DNA from: Pyrobaculum aerophilum str. IM2
GTDB lineage: Archaea > Thermoproteota > Thermoprotei > Thermoproteales > Thermoproteaceae
NCBI RefSeq assembly: GCF_000007225.1
Contig: NC_003364.1
Coordinates: 1,410,001 to 1,442,000, forward strand
Reading direction: 5' to 3'
DNA length: 32,000 nt
A program made the translations under genes and the position numbers. The notes beneath the pieces are model-generated. The model saw only the letters and a list, made by a program, of their open reading frames with translations. It searched no databases and had not been told where the DNA came from. Position 1 is the first letter of the stretch; every line of letters starts with the position of its first letter. Below are positions 8,606-16,612 of the stretch, piece by piece.

Positions 8606-9256
8606 ATGAACAACTGGATTGTCTTCGCCGTTGCGCTCGCGGTCACGCTTTTTTTGCTCCTGCCCACCCTGGCGACGAACATTTATTCAAAAGAACCAGC
8701 GTATAAGCCCTACTGGGAAAACCCAGCGGCGAGGGCGAAAATATTAACAAACGCCTCAGCAGTTGGGATATTAGCAGGCCGGGGAAGTGAAGGCGTTGTT
8801 ATCGTGGGCTATCGGGACCAGCTAAACGCCACAAACAGGGCTGAGCTACTTGCCGTGTTGAAAGAGGTGATAAATGCAGCGCGTGGATATACAATATACC
8901 TCGCCCCTTGGGCCACGGACAACGCCACTAGGGCGTACCTCTCCCTATTATACAGCGGCAAGATATCGCTTGACGATTACCTGAGAGGCGTTTTATACAA
9001 CGCCTCCTCTACAATGCAGAAAGTAGATCAGGCATATGCCCTGGCTGTCGCAATAGCCTCAACCTACGGCGCATATGCTGTAGCGCCTACAGTCCAAATC
9101 CCCCCGATATACGTTGCAGTGTTTAGAAACGACACTTCTTATGTGGTGTACGAGCCCTTCACCCTTGGCAGAGATAGGACATATGCCGACTGGTTACAGT
9201 GGGTTAAGACGGCGTTAGAAAACTTAAGACAAGGCCAGGGAAAGGTTACTCCATAG
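8606..9256 (+). CDS. Hypothetical exported/membrane-anchored protein
   Basis: N-terminal hydrophobic helix MNNWIVFAVALAVTLFLLLPTLA, and several N-x-S/T sequons. No family recognised. Confidence 0.5.
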   Translation: MNNWIVFAVALAVTLFLLLPTLATNIYSKEPAYKPYWENPAARAKILTNASAVGILAGRGSEGVVIVGYRDQLNATNRAELLAVLKEVINAARGYTIYLAPWATDNATRAYLSLLYSGKISLDDYLRGVLYNASSTMQKVDQAYALAVAIASTYGAYAVAPTVQIPPIYVAVFRNDTSYVVYEPFTLGRDRTYADWLQWVKTALENLRQGQGKVTP

Positions 9257-10060
9257 GTAGTAAGCCCCAACGGCAAATACATAACTAGTGAAAAGCTTCT
9301 TCACAGAACTAGACTTCAGCCTGGGCATTATGTACTTACTGGAGAGGTATGAACCCCCAAAACTGCCAATGGCTATGAGCACTGCCAGCGAAAGGTCAAG
9401 AGCTCCCAGCCACGCATAAGTGGCGGTGGAGGCGAGGGCTGTGGGGAATATAATCCCCATGCTCATAGCCGCGGCCAGCTTGGCGTCTAACCCTGCCAGA
9501 AGTATCAGAGCCGGAACGAATATAGTCCCTCCGCCTACCCCGAAAAGCGAAGAGACAAAGCCGCCTATAAAAACAAGCAAATACCCCAGCCACGGCATTG
9601 TCCTGCCAGGCCGTTTATCAATCAGTAAAACTATGCCAATGGCGATGAGGTAAACTCCGTAGATTAACTTCACCCAACTCCCCGAGTACTTAACTGAGAT
9701 AAACGCGCTTAAAACAGCCGCGGCCATGGAAAACGCCGCATATTTAGCCAAAAGCCCAAAGTCAATCACTCCCCTATAGTTGTATATGGAAGTTATGGCA
9801 GTTACGACGATTGAAAACAAGCTGGCGGCCGCTGCGGCTTGAAAAGCTACGCCCGATAAGTTTAACATAGGCACTATTATCACGCCTCCCCCAACCCCTA
9901 TAAGCGGCCCCAAAAAGCCGCCTATAAAACCCGCTAACAGCGCGAGCCAAAACATAAAATCTACACTTCCACCTCTATATAAGTGATGACACCCCAATAG
10001 CCAGATTATGAAGAGACTCGCATGGGCTGAAAACATATAAACAGGTGGCATTACTTTCAC
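9224..10060 (-). CDS. TauE/SafE-family (DUF81) anion exporter-like membrane protein
   Basis: It has the duplicated motifs GPLIGVGGGVIIVPML and LFGVGGGTIFVP typical of TauE/SafE. The real start is probably the ATG at 9955 (MFWLALLAGF...), because the longer ORF runs over the Sec61-beta promoter. Confidence 0.7.
   Translation of the reverse strand: MKVMPPVYMFSAHASLFIIWLLGCHHLYRGGSVDFMFWLALLAGFIGGFLGPLIGVGGGVIIVPMLNLSGVAFQAAAAASLFSIVVTAITSIYNYRGVIDFGLLAKYAAFSMAAAVLSAFISVKYSGSWVKLIYGVYLIAIGIVLLIDKRPGRTMPWLGYLLVFIGGFVSSLFGVGGGTIFVPALILLAGLDAKLAAAMSMGIIFPTALASTATYAWLGALDLSLAVLIAIGSFGGSYLSSKYIMPRLKSSSVKKLFTSYVFAVGAYYLWSNLSLALS
10034..10041 (+). promoter_or_regulatory. TATA box (CATATAAA) for the Sec61-beta gene
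   Basis: A/T box centred about 24 nt upstream of the GTG at 10061. Confidence 0.45.
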
Positions 10061-10237
10061 GTGGCGCGTAGGAGGAAGTACGAAGGCCTAAACCCCTTTG
10101 TGGCCGCCGGACTTATAAAATTCAGCGAGGAGGGCGAGCTGGAAAAAATAAAGCTGACGCCGCGAGCCGCCGTCGTTATATCGTTGGCCATAATAGGCTT
10201 GTTAATCGCAATAAACTTACTACTGCCCCCCTTGTAG
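10061..10237 (+). CDS. secG: Preprotein translocase subunit Sec61-beta (archaeal SecG), 58 aa; not in ORF track
   Basis: Own translation from the GTG: MARRRKYEGLNPFVAAGLIKFSEEGELEKIKLTPRAAVVISLAIIGLLIAINLLLPPL. It matches the archaeal Sec-beta pattern: basic N-terminus, AGLI[KR][FY] motif, I-K-L/V-x-P, then a single C-terminal TM tail anchor. Confidence 0.75.
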   Translation: MARRRKYEGLNPFVAAGLIKFSEEGELEKIKLTPRAAVVISLAIIGLLIAINLLLPPL

Positions 10238-10271
10238 AAAAATTTTAAACCCTTTATTCATTATCACATTG

Positions 10272-10359
10272 GCGGGGGTGCCCGAGCCAGGTCAAAGGGG
10301 CAGGGTTGAGGTCCCTGTGGCGTAGGCCTGCGTGGGTTCAAATCCCACCCCCCGCACCA
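10272..10359 (+). tRNA. tRNA-Leu (anticodon GAG), long variable arm, CCA encoded
   Basis: Manual cloverleaf. Acceptor GCGGGGG/CCCCCGC, anticodon arm CAGGG-TTGAGGT-CCCTG. The variable arm is 14 nt, and the T arm is GTGGG-TTCAAAT-CCCAC. A TTTTAAA box is centred about 26 nt upstream. Confidence 0.9.
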
Positions 10360-10413
10360 CCTCTTTAGGTCTATATATAGTAATGTATATTAAGTCTCGC
10401 CACTTCTTTCTAT

Positions 10414-12006
10414 ATGAGTAGGTCTCTGTTAATAGGATTAGTTGTGTTAATAGTTCTGTTGGCAGTAGTGGCGGTTTTAATGATGCAACCCCGCCCTGCC
10501 CAGACGCCCACGCCAACACCCACGGCCAGCCCCTCTCCCACAACTCCCAGCGTAACGTCGCTTACAATTGGGGTTACAGATAAGGTGACTGACTTAGATC
10601 CGGCTAATGCCTATGATTTCTTTACGTGGGAGGTGTTATACAACACCATGGCGGGTTTAGTTAGGTATAGGCCCGGCACGACTGAGTTAGAGCCTGATCT
10701 AGCCTTAAGCTGGACGGCTCTTGACGGGGGGAGAGTCTGGGTGTTTAAACTAAGGCCTAATCTAAAGTTCTGCGACGGCACTCCGTTAACGGCTCAAGAC
10801 GTGAAACGCTCTATTGAGCGCGTGATGAAGATAAACGGCGATCCCGCGTGGTTAGTGACGGATTTCGTGGAACGCGTTGAGGCGCCGAATGAGACCGCAG
10901 TTGTATTTTATCTCAAAAAGCCCGTCTCGTACTTCTTGGCGCTATTAGCCACTCCGCCGTACTTCCCAGTACATCCGAAGTACGCGCCTGACAAAGTGGA
11001 CTCAGACCAGACGGCTGGAGGCGCCGGCCCGTATTGTATTAAAAGCTTTGTGAGAGATCAGCAGTTAGTCCTAGAGGCGAACCCGTATTACTACGGGCCT
11101 AAGCCTCAAGCGTCGCGCGTTGTGATAAGGTTTTACAAAGACGCCACTACCCTGAGACTTGCCCTGGAGAGAGGCGAGGTGGACATAGCTTGGAGGACTC
11201 TCAGCCCGCCCGATATAGAGGCGTTGAGGGCCTCTGGGAAGTATAAAGTAGTAGAAGTGCCTGGCTCTTTTATTAGATACGTGGTGCTTAACCTCAACAT
11301 GCCTGAGCTTAAAGACGTGAGGGTGAGGCAGGCGCTGGCGGCGGCTGTGTGTAGGAGTAGTATTGTAAACGTCGTGTACCACGGCACAGTCGCGCCGCTT
11401 TATACGTTAATACCCGAGGGGATGTGGTCTTCTTACCCTGTCTTTAAGGAGAAGTACGGCGATTGCAACACGGAGCTTGCAAAGCAGTTACTACAACAAG
11501 CTGGTTTCGGCCCCAGCAAAAAGCTGAACATCGAGCTCTGGTACACGCCTACGCACTACGGCGATACTGAGAAGGATCTCGCCGCTGTGTTGAAAGAGCA
11601 GTGGGAGGGCACGGGGATGATATCTGTCACTGTGAAATCCGCGGAGTGGGCCACTTACGTCCAGCAGTTAAGAAGCGGGGCCATGATGGTGTCTCTACTT
11701 GGCTGGTACCCCGACTACCTCGACCCCGACGATTACACTAGGCCGTTTTTAAGAACTGTCTCTAATAAATGGCTCGGCAACGGCTACAGCAATCCGAAAA
11801 TGGACGAGATTTTAGACAAGGCCGCCTTGGAGTTAAGCCAGGGGGCTAGAGAACAGTTATACAGACAGGCGCAACAACTGCTGGCCGAGGACGTGCCTAT
11901 AATACCGCTGGTGCAAGGCAAGTTATTCATTGTGACAAAGCCTAACGTCCAGGTGGTTGTGGATCCGACAATGATACTGAGGTACTGGGCGATTAAAATC
12001 TCCTAA
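10414..12006 (+). CDS. ABC transporter substrate-binding protein, family 5 (peptide/nickel type), N-terminally anchored
   Basis: N-terminal TM helix followed by a Pro/Thr-rich linker (PTPTPTASPSPTTPS). The body is typical of DppA/OppA-type proteins (LVRYRPGTTELEPDLALSW, NPYYYGPKP, GWYPDYLDPDDY). Confidence 0.85.
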   Translation: MSRSLLIGLVVLIVLLAVVAVLMMQPRPAQTPTPTPTASPSPTTPSVTSLTIGVTDKVTDLDPANAYDFFTWEVLYNTMAGLVRYRPGTTELEPDLALSWTALDGGRVWVFKLRPNLKFCDGTPLTAQDVKRSIERVMKINGDPAWLVTDFVERVEAPNETAVVFYLKKPVSYFLALLATPPYFPVHPKYAPDKVDSDQTAGGAGPYCIKSFVRDQQLVLEANPYYYGPKPQASRVVIRFYKDATTLRLALERGEVDIAWRTLSPPDIEALRASGKYKVVEVPGSFIRYVVLNLNMPELKDVRVRQALAAAVCRSSIVNVVYHGTVAPLYTLIPEGMWSSYPVFKEKYGDCNTELAKQLLQQAGFGPSKKLNIELWYTPTHYGDTEKDLAAVLKEQWEGTGMISVTVKSAEWATYVQQLRSGAMMVSLLGWYPDYLDPDDYTRPFLRTVSNKWLGNGYSNPKMDEILDKAALELSQGAREQLYRQAQQLLAEDVPIIPLVQGKLFIVTKPNVQVVVDPTMILRYWAIKIS

Positions 12007-12794
12007 ATCTCTTTTTTCCCCAGTCTTTCCCCGAGGCCCTCTCCCATCATTGAGAACCCCAGGGCAGTTATGACGATGAAAAAGCCCGGCGCCAGTAGCC
12101 ACCAGCTCCCGTTTATAATATAAGACCTGGCGCTTGAGAGGTCAAGCCCCCAGTCGGGGGTGGGGGGCGTTACCGTATAGCCGAAAAAGGCGAGGGCGGA
12201 CTCCGTCAAAGCCGCGTCAGCTATATTTATAGTGGCCACGACAACTAGAGAGGGGATGAGGTTGGGGAGAATGTGCCTAAACACAATCCTCCAGCGGGGC
12301 ACTCCAAGGGAGACCGCCGCTTCAATAAACGGGCTTGACTTAACTACCATAGTCTCGTTGCGCCCCATTCTGAAATAAGTGGGTATATACACAACACCAA
12401 TTGCAACGGCGGCATTTAACGGGCTCGGGCCTAAGACGCTCGCAATGGCAATTGCCAAAATGAGGCTGGGGAAGGCGTACATACTATCCATGACAACGTT
12501 AAGCGCCCTGTCCACCCTTCCCCCTATATACCCCGAGAACATCCCCAGCGTAAAGCCTACTGAGGCGGAGAGGAGCGTGGCAAGTATAGAAATGCCGATA
12601 ATGACTTGACCGCCGTATAGAACTCTGCTAAAAACGTCGCGGCCTAAGTTGTCAGTTCCGAAGAAATGGCGCATGCTGGGAGGCGACAGGGGAGGGCCGG
12701 CGGCTTTAGTGGAGTCGTAAGGCGCAATTAATGGCGCCAGCAGGGATAGAATTACCACAATTGCCACGAACAAAAGCCCCAGTTTTAACATCAT
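12003..12794 (-). CDS. ABC transporter permease (DppC/OppC-like)
   Basis: N-terminal HFFGTDNLGRDVFSRV motif, an EAA-loop region (FIEAAVSLGVPRWRIVFRHILPN) and 6 TM helices. Confidence 0.85.
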   Translation of the reverse strand: MMLKLGLLFVAIVVILSLLAPLIAPYDSTKAAGPPLSPPSMRHFFGTDNLGRDVFSRVLYGGQVIIGISILATLLSASVGFTLGMFSGYIGGRVDRALNVVMDSMYAFPSLILAIAIASVLGPSPLNAAVAIGVVYIPTYFRMGRNETMVVKSSPFIEAAVSLGVPRWRIVFRHILPNLIPSLVVVATINIADAALTESALAFFGYTVTPPTPDWGLDLSSARSYIINGSWWLLAPGFFIVITALGFSMMGEGLGERLGKKEI

Positions 12795-13840
12795 AACCCC
12801 CTCCTAACTCTTGGGTCTAGAATGGCGTTTACCACGTCAACAATTATATTCATAACGACCACAATTACGACGAAGATAACCACCGTGCCCTGGACGGTGG
12901 TGTAGTCTAGATATTGAATTCTCTCTAAAAGCAACGTCCCAAGGCCGGGCCAGGAGAATGTAGTCTCAGTGAGCACGGCGCCTTGTAAAAGCAAGGCGAG
13001 CTGGAGGCCCATCATTGTGACTGTTGGGACAATGGCAACTCTGTAGGCTTTCCATAAGATACTCAACTCCCTGAACCCCATGGCTCTATAAGCGGAGATG
13101 AACTCTTCCCCCAGAGTTTTCACCAAGTTATTCCTAATTAGCCTTACAAAAACGCCGGAGAGCACAAGCCCCAGAGTGAAAGAGGGCAGGGCCAAGTGCC
13201 ACAAGGCGTCTAGAAAAGAGTCAATGCGCCCTGCCAGTAATGAGTCCACGAGGTATAGCCCTGTTATTCTCGGCGGTTCAAAACCAGGGGTTATTCTGCC
13301 GGCCACGGGGAATAGGCCTAGCCAGACGGAAAACACTAACTGAAGCGCCAGGCCGATAAAGGGTATAAACAGGACATATGAAACCATGGCGTAAATCCTA
13401 ACTCCCGCGTCAACTTTCCCGCCGTATTTAGCCGCCAAGAAGCCGAAGACGTGGCCGAGGAAAACGCTCACAACAAAAGCTGAGAGCGCCAGTTCTACCG
13501 TGGCAGGTAGCCGATCCATAATCTCAGCAATTACCTCCCTCCTGCCGAAGATCAAACTCTTTCCGAGATTTCCCGTGAACACGCCGGCTAGATATTCAAA
13601 GTACTGGAGATACAAAGGCTTATCAAGACCTGCCTCTTTTATCAACTGCTCCACGTACTCAGGCGGGGCCTTCACTCCCACCATGGCCACTATGGGGTTG
13701 CCGGGAATAACGCGCAACACGAAGAAAACCACAGTCAGTAAGATCAAGAGCGTGGGCAGAGCGAGTAAAACTCTGTAAATAACATAACGCGTTAAACCAG
13801 CCATGAAGTCCCACACTAAGTAGCAATTAAAACTTATCAT
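12791..13840 (-). CDS. ABC transporter permease (DppB/OppB-like)
   Basis: BPD-transporter pattern (FISAYRAMGFRELSILWKAYRVAIVP) and a 4-nt overlap with the downstream permease. The likely true start is the ATG at 13804 (MAGLTRYVIYR...). Confidence 0.85.
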   Translation of the reverse strand: MISFNCYLVWDFMAGLTRYVIYRVLLALPTLLILLTVVFFVLRVIPGNPIVAMVGVKAPPEYVEQLIKEAGLDKPLYLQYFEYLAGVFTGNLGKSLIFGRREVIAEIMDRLPATVELALSAFVVSVFLGHVFGFLAAKYGGKVDAGVRIYAMVSYVLFIPFIGLALQLVFSVWLGLFPVAGRITPGFEPPRITGLYLVDSLLAGRIDSFLDALWHLALPSFTLGLVLSGVFVRLIRNNLVKTLGEEFISAYRAMGFRELSILWKAYRVAIVPTVTMMGLQLALLLQGAVLTETTFSWPGLGTLLLERIQYLDYTTVQGTVVIFVVIVVVMNIIVDVVNAILDPRVRRGL

Positions 13841-13853
13841 TACGAAGGCAAAA

Positions 13854-13861
13854 TTTATAAA
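13854..13861 (+). promoter_or_regulatory. TATA box (TTTATAAA) upstream of tRNA-Ile
   Basis: Centred about 24 nt upstream of the mature tRNA 5' end at 13882. Confidence 0.55.
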
Positions 13862-13881
13862 CCGTGGAGAAGTAAGTCACA

Positions 13882-13956
13882 GGGCCCGTGGCTTAGCCCG
13901 GTTAGAGCGCCCGGCTGATAACCGGGAGGTCCCGGGTTCAAATCCCGGCGGGCCCA
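13882..13956 (+). tRNA. tRNA-Ile (anticodon GAT), no encoded CCA
   Basis: Manual cloverleaf. Acceptor GGGCCCG/CGGGCCC, D arm GCTT...GAGC. Anticodon arm CCCGG-CTGATAA-CCGGG, T arm CCGGG-TTCAAAT-CCCGG. Discriminator A. Confidence 0.9.
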
Positions 13957-14015
13957 CATCAAGTATTTTACCGCAGGTTATAGTCATATATGGCTATTCA
14001 ATATTACGGCAAAAA

Positions 14016-14025
14016 GTTTAAAAAG
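14016..14025 (+). promoter_or_regulatory. TATA box (GTTTAAAAAG) upstream of tRNA-Ala
   Basis: Centred about 24 nt upstream of the tRNA 5' end at 14045. Confidence 0.5.
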
Positions 14026-14044
14026 CGTGGGATAAAGGACTACG

Positions 14045-14139
14045 GGGCCGGTAGTCTAGCGGAAGGATGCCCGCCTTGCAAGGCGTTACATACCTAAGAG
14101 CGCGGGTGATCCCGGGTTCGAATCCCGGCCGGTCCACCA
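14045..14139 (+). tRNA. tRNA-Ala (anticodon TGC) with a 20-nt intron (14081-14100) at canonical position 37/38; CCA encoded
   Basis: Acceptor GGGCCGG/CCGGTCC gives the G3:U70 alanine identity pair. The anticodon stem CCCGC/GCGGG closes only if 14081-14100 is removed, leaving loop CTTGCAC. T arm CCGGG-TTCGAAT-CCCGG. Confidence 0.85.
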
Positions 14140-14331
14140 CTTTCCTGCCCCTCATGGAGATAGTAATGACTTGCCGCCGTCAACGTTTCTCCTGATATCA
14201 CGGGGTTCCTCGGGGAGTAAAAAGCATGGGAGCAGTAAAAGGCCTGGGGGTTTCTGAGGGTGGGCTAGAACCTGTGTCCAACGGTGCGCATAGCACTTAT
14301 AGGGCTTTTAACACGCTTAATGAGTTTTTAA

Positions 14332-15018
14332 GTGGTTATTTTAAATGTGTTTAAGCCGAGAATAGACCCGTGTATATTTCTTCACAGAGACGCTGAGGAT
14401 TGGACTCGGTTGCTGGGAGAGGACTTTATTGACGAGTTAATTAGGCGTTTTAGCCATGTCGTGCGCGACGTTGATGAGCTAGTTGAGTACGTTTTTGAGT
14501 ACCCAGAGGCTTTCCACATTGGGTTGAGGGGGTTGCGGGTGGGAGGGCCTTATAAAGAGCAGTGGTTGCTCTACATCGAGAGCGGATATGTGGATCCTGG
14601 GTGGAGGGCGAAGTGGCCATACGTCCCGTCCGACGGGAAGCTAGATGTCAGAGTGCAAGTATCTCCCTGCTATCTCTTGACTGTGCTTAACGGCAGGGAG
14701 AGGGCATACATATGGCGGAATAGAGCGCCGGCAATTTTTAAGTGGATCAGCGCAGTTCCGAGGAGGAGGCCTCTCGACGTGTTTAGAGAGGCCTTTCCCG
14801 CATGGATTAGAGAGCTGGCCTGGACTCGCGGCTACTCTTGGGTTGCGTGGTCGCGGTGGAGAGACCGGCGTAATAAACACTTGGCGGAGTGGCTCTACTG
14901 GCTTGACAGCGGGCGAATGGCGCATATAGACATGGCCGTGGGGAGGTTTAGAGACGTGTACGAGACGGCAGCACGTACAATTAAAAGCGGCGCCGAGGTT
15001 TTGTACGAATTGTCGTAG
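14332..15018 (+). CDS. Hypothetical Trp/Arg-rich protein, first gene of the cluster (GTG start)
   Basis: Long ORF with no motif I recognise. Only 4 nt separate it from the next ORF. Confidence 0.5.
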   Translation: MVILNVFKPRIDPCIFLHRDAEDWTRLLGEDFIDELIRRFSHVVRDVDELVEYVFEYPEAFHIGLRGLRVGGPYKEQWLLYIESGYVDPGWRAKWPYVPSDGKLDVRVQVSPCYLLTVLNGRERAYIWRNRAPAIFKWISAVPRRRPLDVFREAFPAWIRELAWTRGYSWVAWSRWRDRRNKHLAEWLYWLDSGRMAHIDMAVGRFRDVYETAARTIKSGAEVLYELS

Positions 15019-15022
15019 CGCC

Positions 15023-15619
15023 ATGCAACAGACAATAAACAGAGTTAAGTCTTGGCTGGGGGAGGGCTGGGAATTCTACTGGGGCCTTCCGCCTAGCGGT
15101 GTGTATTTATTAAAAGAGGAATATATGGTAGATCCCAGGACTCTGGACGTTAAATGCGGAGGGGGCGACGGGCTTGTAATTGTTTACGTCGTAGCCTCCT
15201 TTGGCTCAGTGAATGTGGTATATGGAAAAGTAAAGCCCTTTATAACGAGGTGTCCCACGGCGACTTTTACGCGGAGTTTTAAGAGGGATATGATAAAAAG
15301 CGCCGTGAAGCTACTTATTGAATTCGCCACTACGGCAGACGGGGTTTCTATTTTTCAAATAAATCCAGAGGTAGTGCGCTTTGCCGGGCTCTGCGAGGAA
15401 TACCCGTTAGTATGCGATGAGCCTGCCGCCGTGGTTAAAAAACTGGAGGAGCGTATAGCCAGAGCGCCTGGGCCTAAAAGGGCAGTTGGGAGCACGGGGT
15501 GGGCTTTGGGGGAGCTCGTGAGAGTTTTAAACGACGTGGTAAGCAGAGATCCGACGTTTATTGAAGTAATTAAGAAAGTCGCGGAGGATCCTGAGAGGCT
15601 AAGGGCTTGCTATGTTTGA
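15023..15619 (+). CDS. Hypothetical protein
   Basis: ORF on the same strand, overlapping the next ORF by 8 nt. No recognised motif. Confidence 0.5.
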   Translation: MQQTINRVKSWLGEGWEFYWGLPPSGVYLLKEEYMVDPRTLDVKCGGGDGLVIVYVVASFGSVNVVYGKVKPFITRCPTATFTRSFKRDMIKSAVKLLIEFATTADGVSIFQINPEVVRFAGLCEEYPLVCDEPAAVVKKLEERIARAPGPKRAVGSTGWALGELVRVLNDVVSRDPTFIEVIKKVAEDPERLRACYV

Positions 15620-15911
15620 TAAAAACACTCTTAATTTTCTGAAAAATATTGAAGCTAGATGCCGTAATGAGGCCTTTTATAGAAATTATAAAGATATATG
15701 TATAGCCACAAAAATAGCCTTGTCAAACATTAAGGGGAGTGGCGTTAAGTTGAGAACTACGCTGGTGAGGCTGGCCGACCCGTCTGATAAAATTGTGGCC
15801 TCAAAGGTATTGAATTTTTTAAAGAGGGAGGTTGGGAGTATTACAGACAGCGAGAGGTTAAAATTGGCGGCGGCCCGCTACGTATATAAAAAAGTCTTGG
15901 CGTTAATATGA
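15612..15911 (+). CDS. Hypothetical small protein (visibly more A/T-rich than its neighbours)
   Basis: The ORF is bracketed by overlapping start/stop junctions on both sides (8 nt and 4 nt). No recognised motif. Confidence 0.45.
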   Translation: MFDKNTLNFLKNIEARCRNEAFYRNYKDICIATKIALSNIKGSGVKLRTTLVRLADPSDKIVASKVLNFLKREVGSITDSERLKLAAARYVYKKVLALI

Positions 15912-16612
15912 GGGGGGTGAAGACAGTGATAGTGACTTCTCTAGACGGCGGAGTTGGAAAGACAACAATAGCCTCTGTGCTTGCCGTGAAGAAGGGATTT
16001 ACGTTATTAGTGGATATGGACTGGGAGAAGGCCGATTTGTCACAATTATTCAGAGTTCCTAAAAAGCCAGGCTGGGTTGCCCCCTACTTAAAAGGCGGTA
16101 TGCCGTATGTCCACAGAGTATCGCCTCTGTTGTACGTAATGCCGGGGTACGAGGCATACGAGCTTTATCAGAGGTTTGGCGACGACGTAGTGGGGGATTT
16201 CGAAGAGGCCGTGTTGGAGTGGGCGGAGAACATGCCTAAATTCGTGGCGAAATTAAGAATACCGGTGGATACCGTAATTATTGACACAACCGCTGCGCTA
16301 AGAGTGGAGGTGCTTTCCAAGTTGCAACAGCTAGGCACGTATAATATTTTTATGGCCGACCGCCGCCTTATTTCCCGCATATCTGACATCAAGGCGGAGC
16401 AGTACCGCCGCTACATGGCCTACTCCTCCTTAGTGGTGGTAAACCAGTTAGAAAAGGACGAGATGAAAATCGCCAGGAAAATCACCCCCGTGGCGATTAA
16501 GCGCGTTGCCATTAGGGATTACTACGGCGAGAGTATTGCCAATTCAATACTGCGAGACCGCGAAAACCGCAAGTCCATTGACCACATTCTCACTCGCATT
16601 AAGTCTGTATGA
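15908..16612 (+). CDS. MinD/ParA-class (SIMIBI) P-loop ATPase with atypical Walker A (DGGVGKTT)
   Basis: VIVTSLDGGVGKTTIASVLA is a deviant Walker A without the signature Lys. LLVDMD is the Walker A' / switch I-like motif. VIIDTTA is the Walker B. An ATGA overlap links it to the following secretion ATPase gene. Confidence 0.7.
   Translation: MRGVKTVIVTSLDGGVGKTTIASVLAVKKGFTLLVDMDWEKADLSQLFRVPKKPGWVAPYLKGGMPYVHRVSPLLYVMPGYEAYELYQRFGDDVVGDFEEAVLEWAENMPKFVAKLRIPVDTVIIDTTAALRVEVLSKLQQLGTYNIFMADRRLISRISDIKAEQYRRYMAYSSLVVVNQLEKDEMKIARKITPVAIKRVAIRDYYGESIANSILRDRENRKSIDHILTRIKSV

Noticed and set aside
10292-10543. 83-aa minus-strand ORF from the track
   Set aside because: It runs antisense through tRNA-Leu (10272-10359) and through the promoter and 5' end of the ABC binding-protein gene. 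It has no promoter of its own and its composition looks like a shadow frame.
14137-14146. Possible att-like direct repeat: CCACTTTCCT after tRNA-Ala versus CCAGTTTCCT at 28565-28574
   Set aside because: It is only 10 nt with one mismatch, the similarity does not extend on either side, and it does not include tRNA sequence. This is compatible with chance, so I do not use it as evidence of integration.
14140-14331. C/D-box sRNA or small ORFs in the 195-nt gap between tRNA-Ala and the first cluster gene
   Set aside because: CTGA tetramers are present, but there is no RTGATGA C box at a compatible spacing. The small ORFs (13 and 42 codons) have no promoter box and overlap the GTG start region in another frame.
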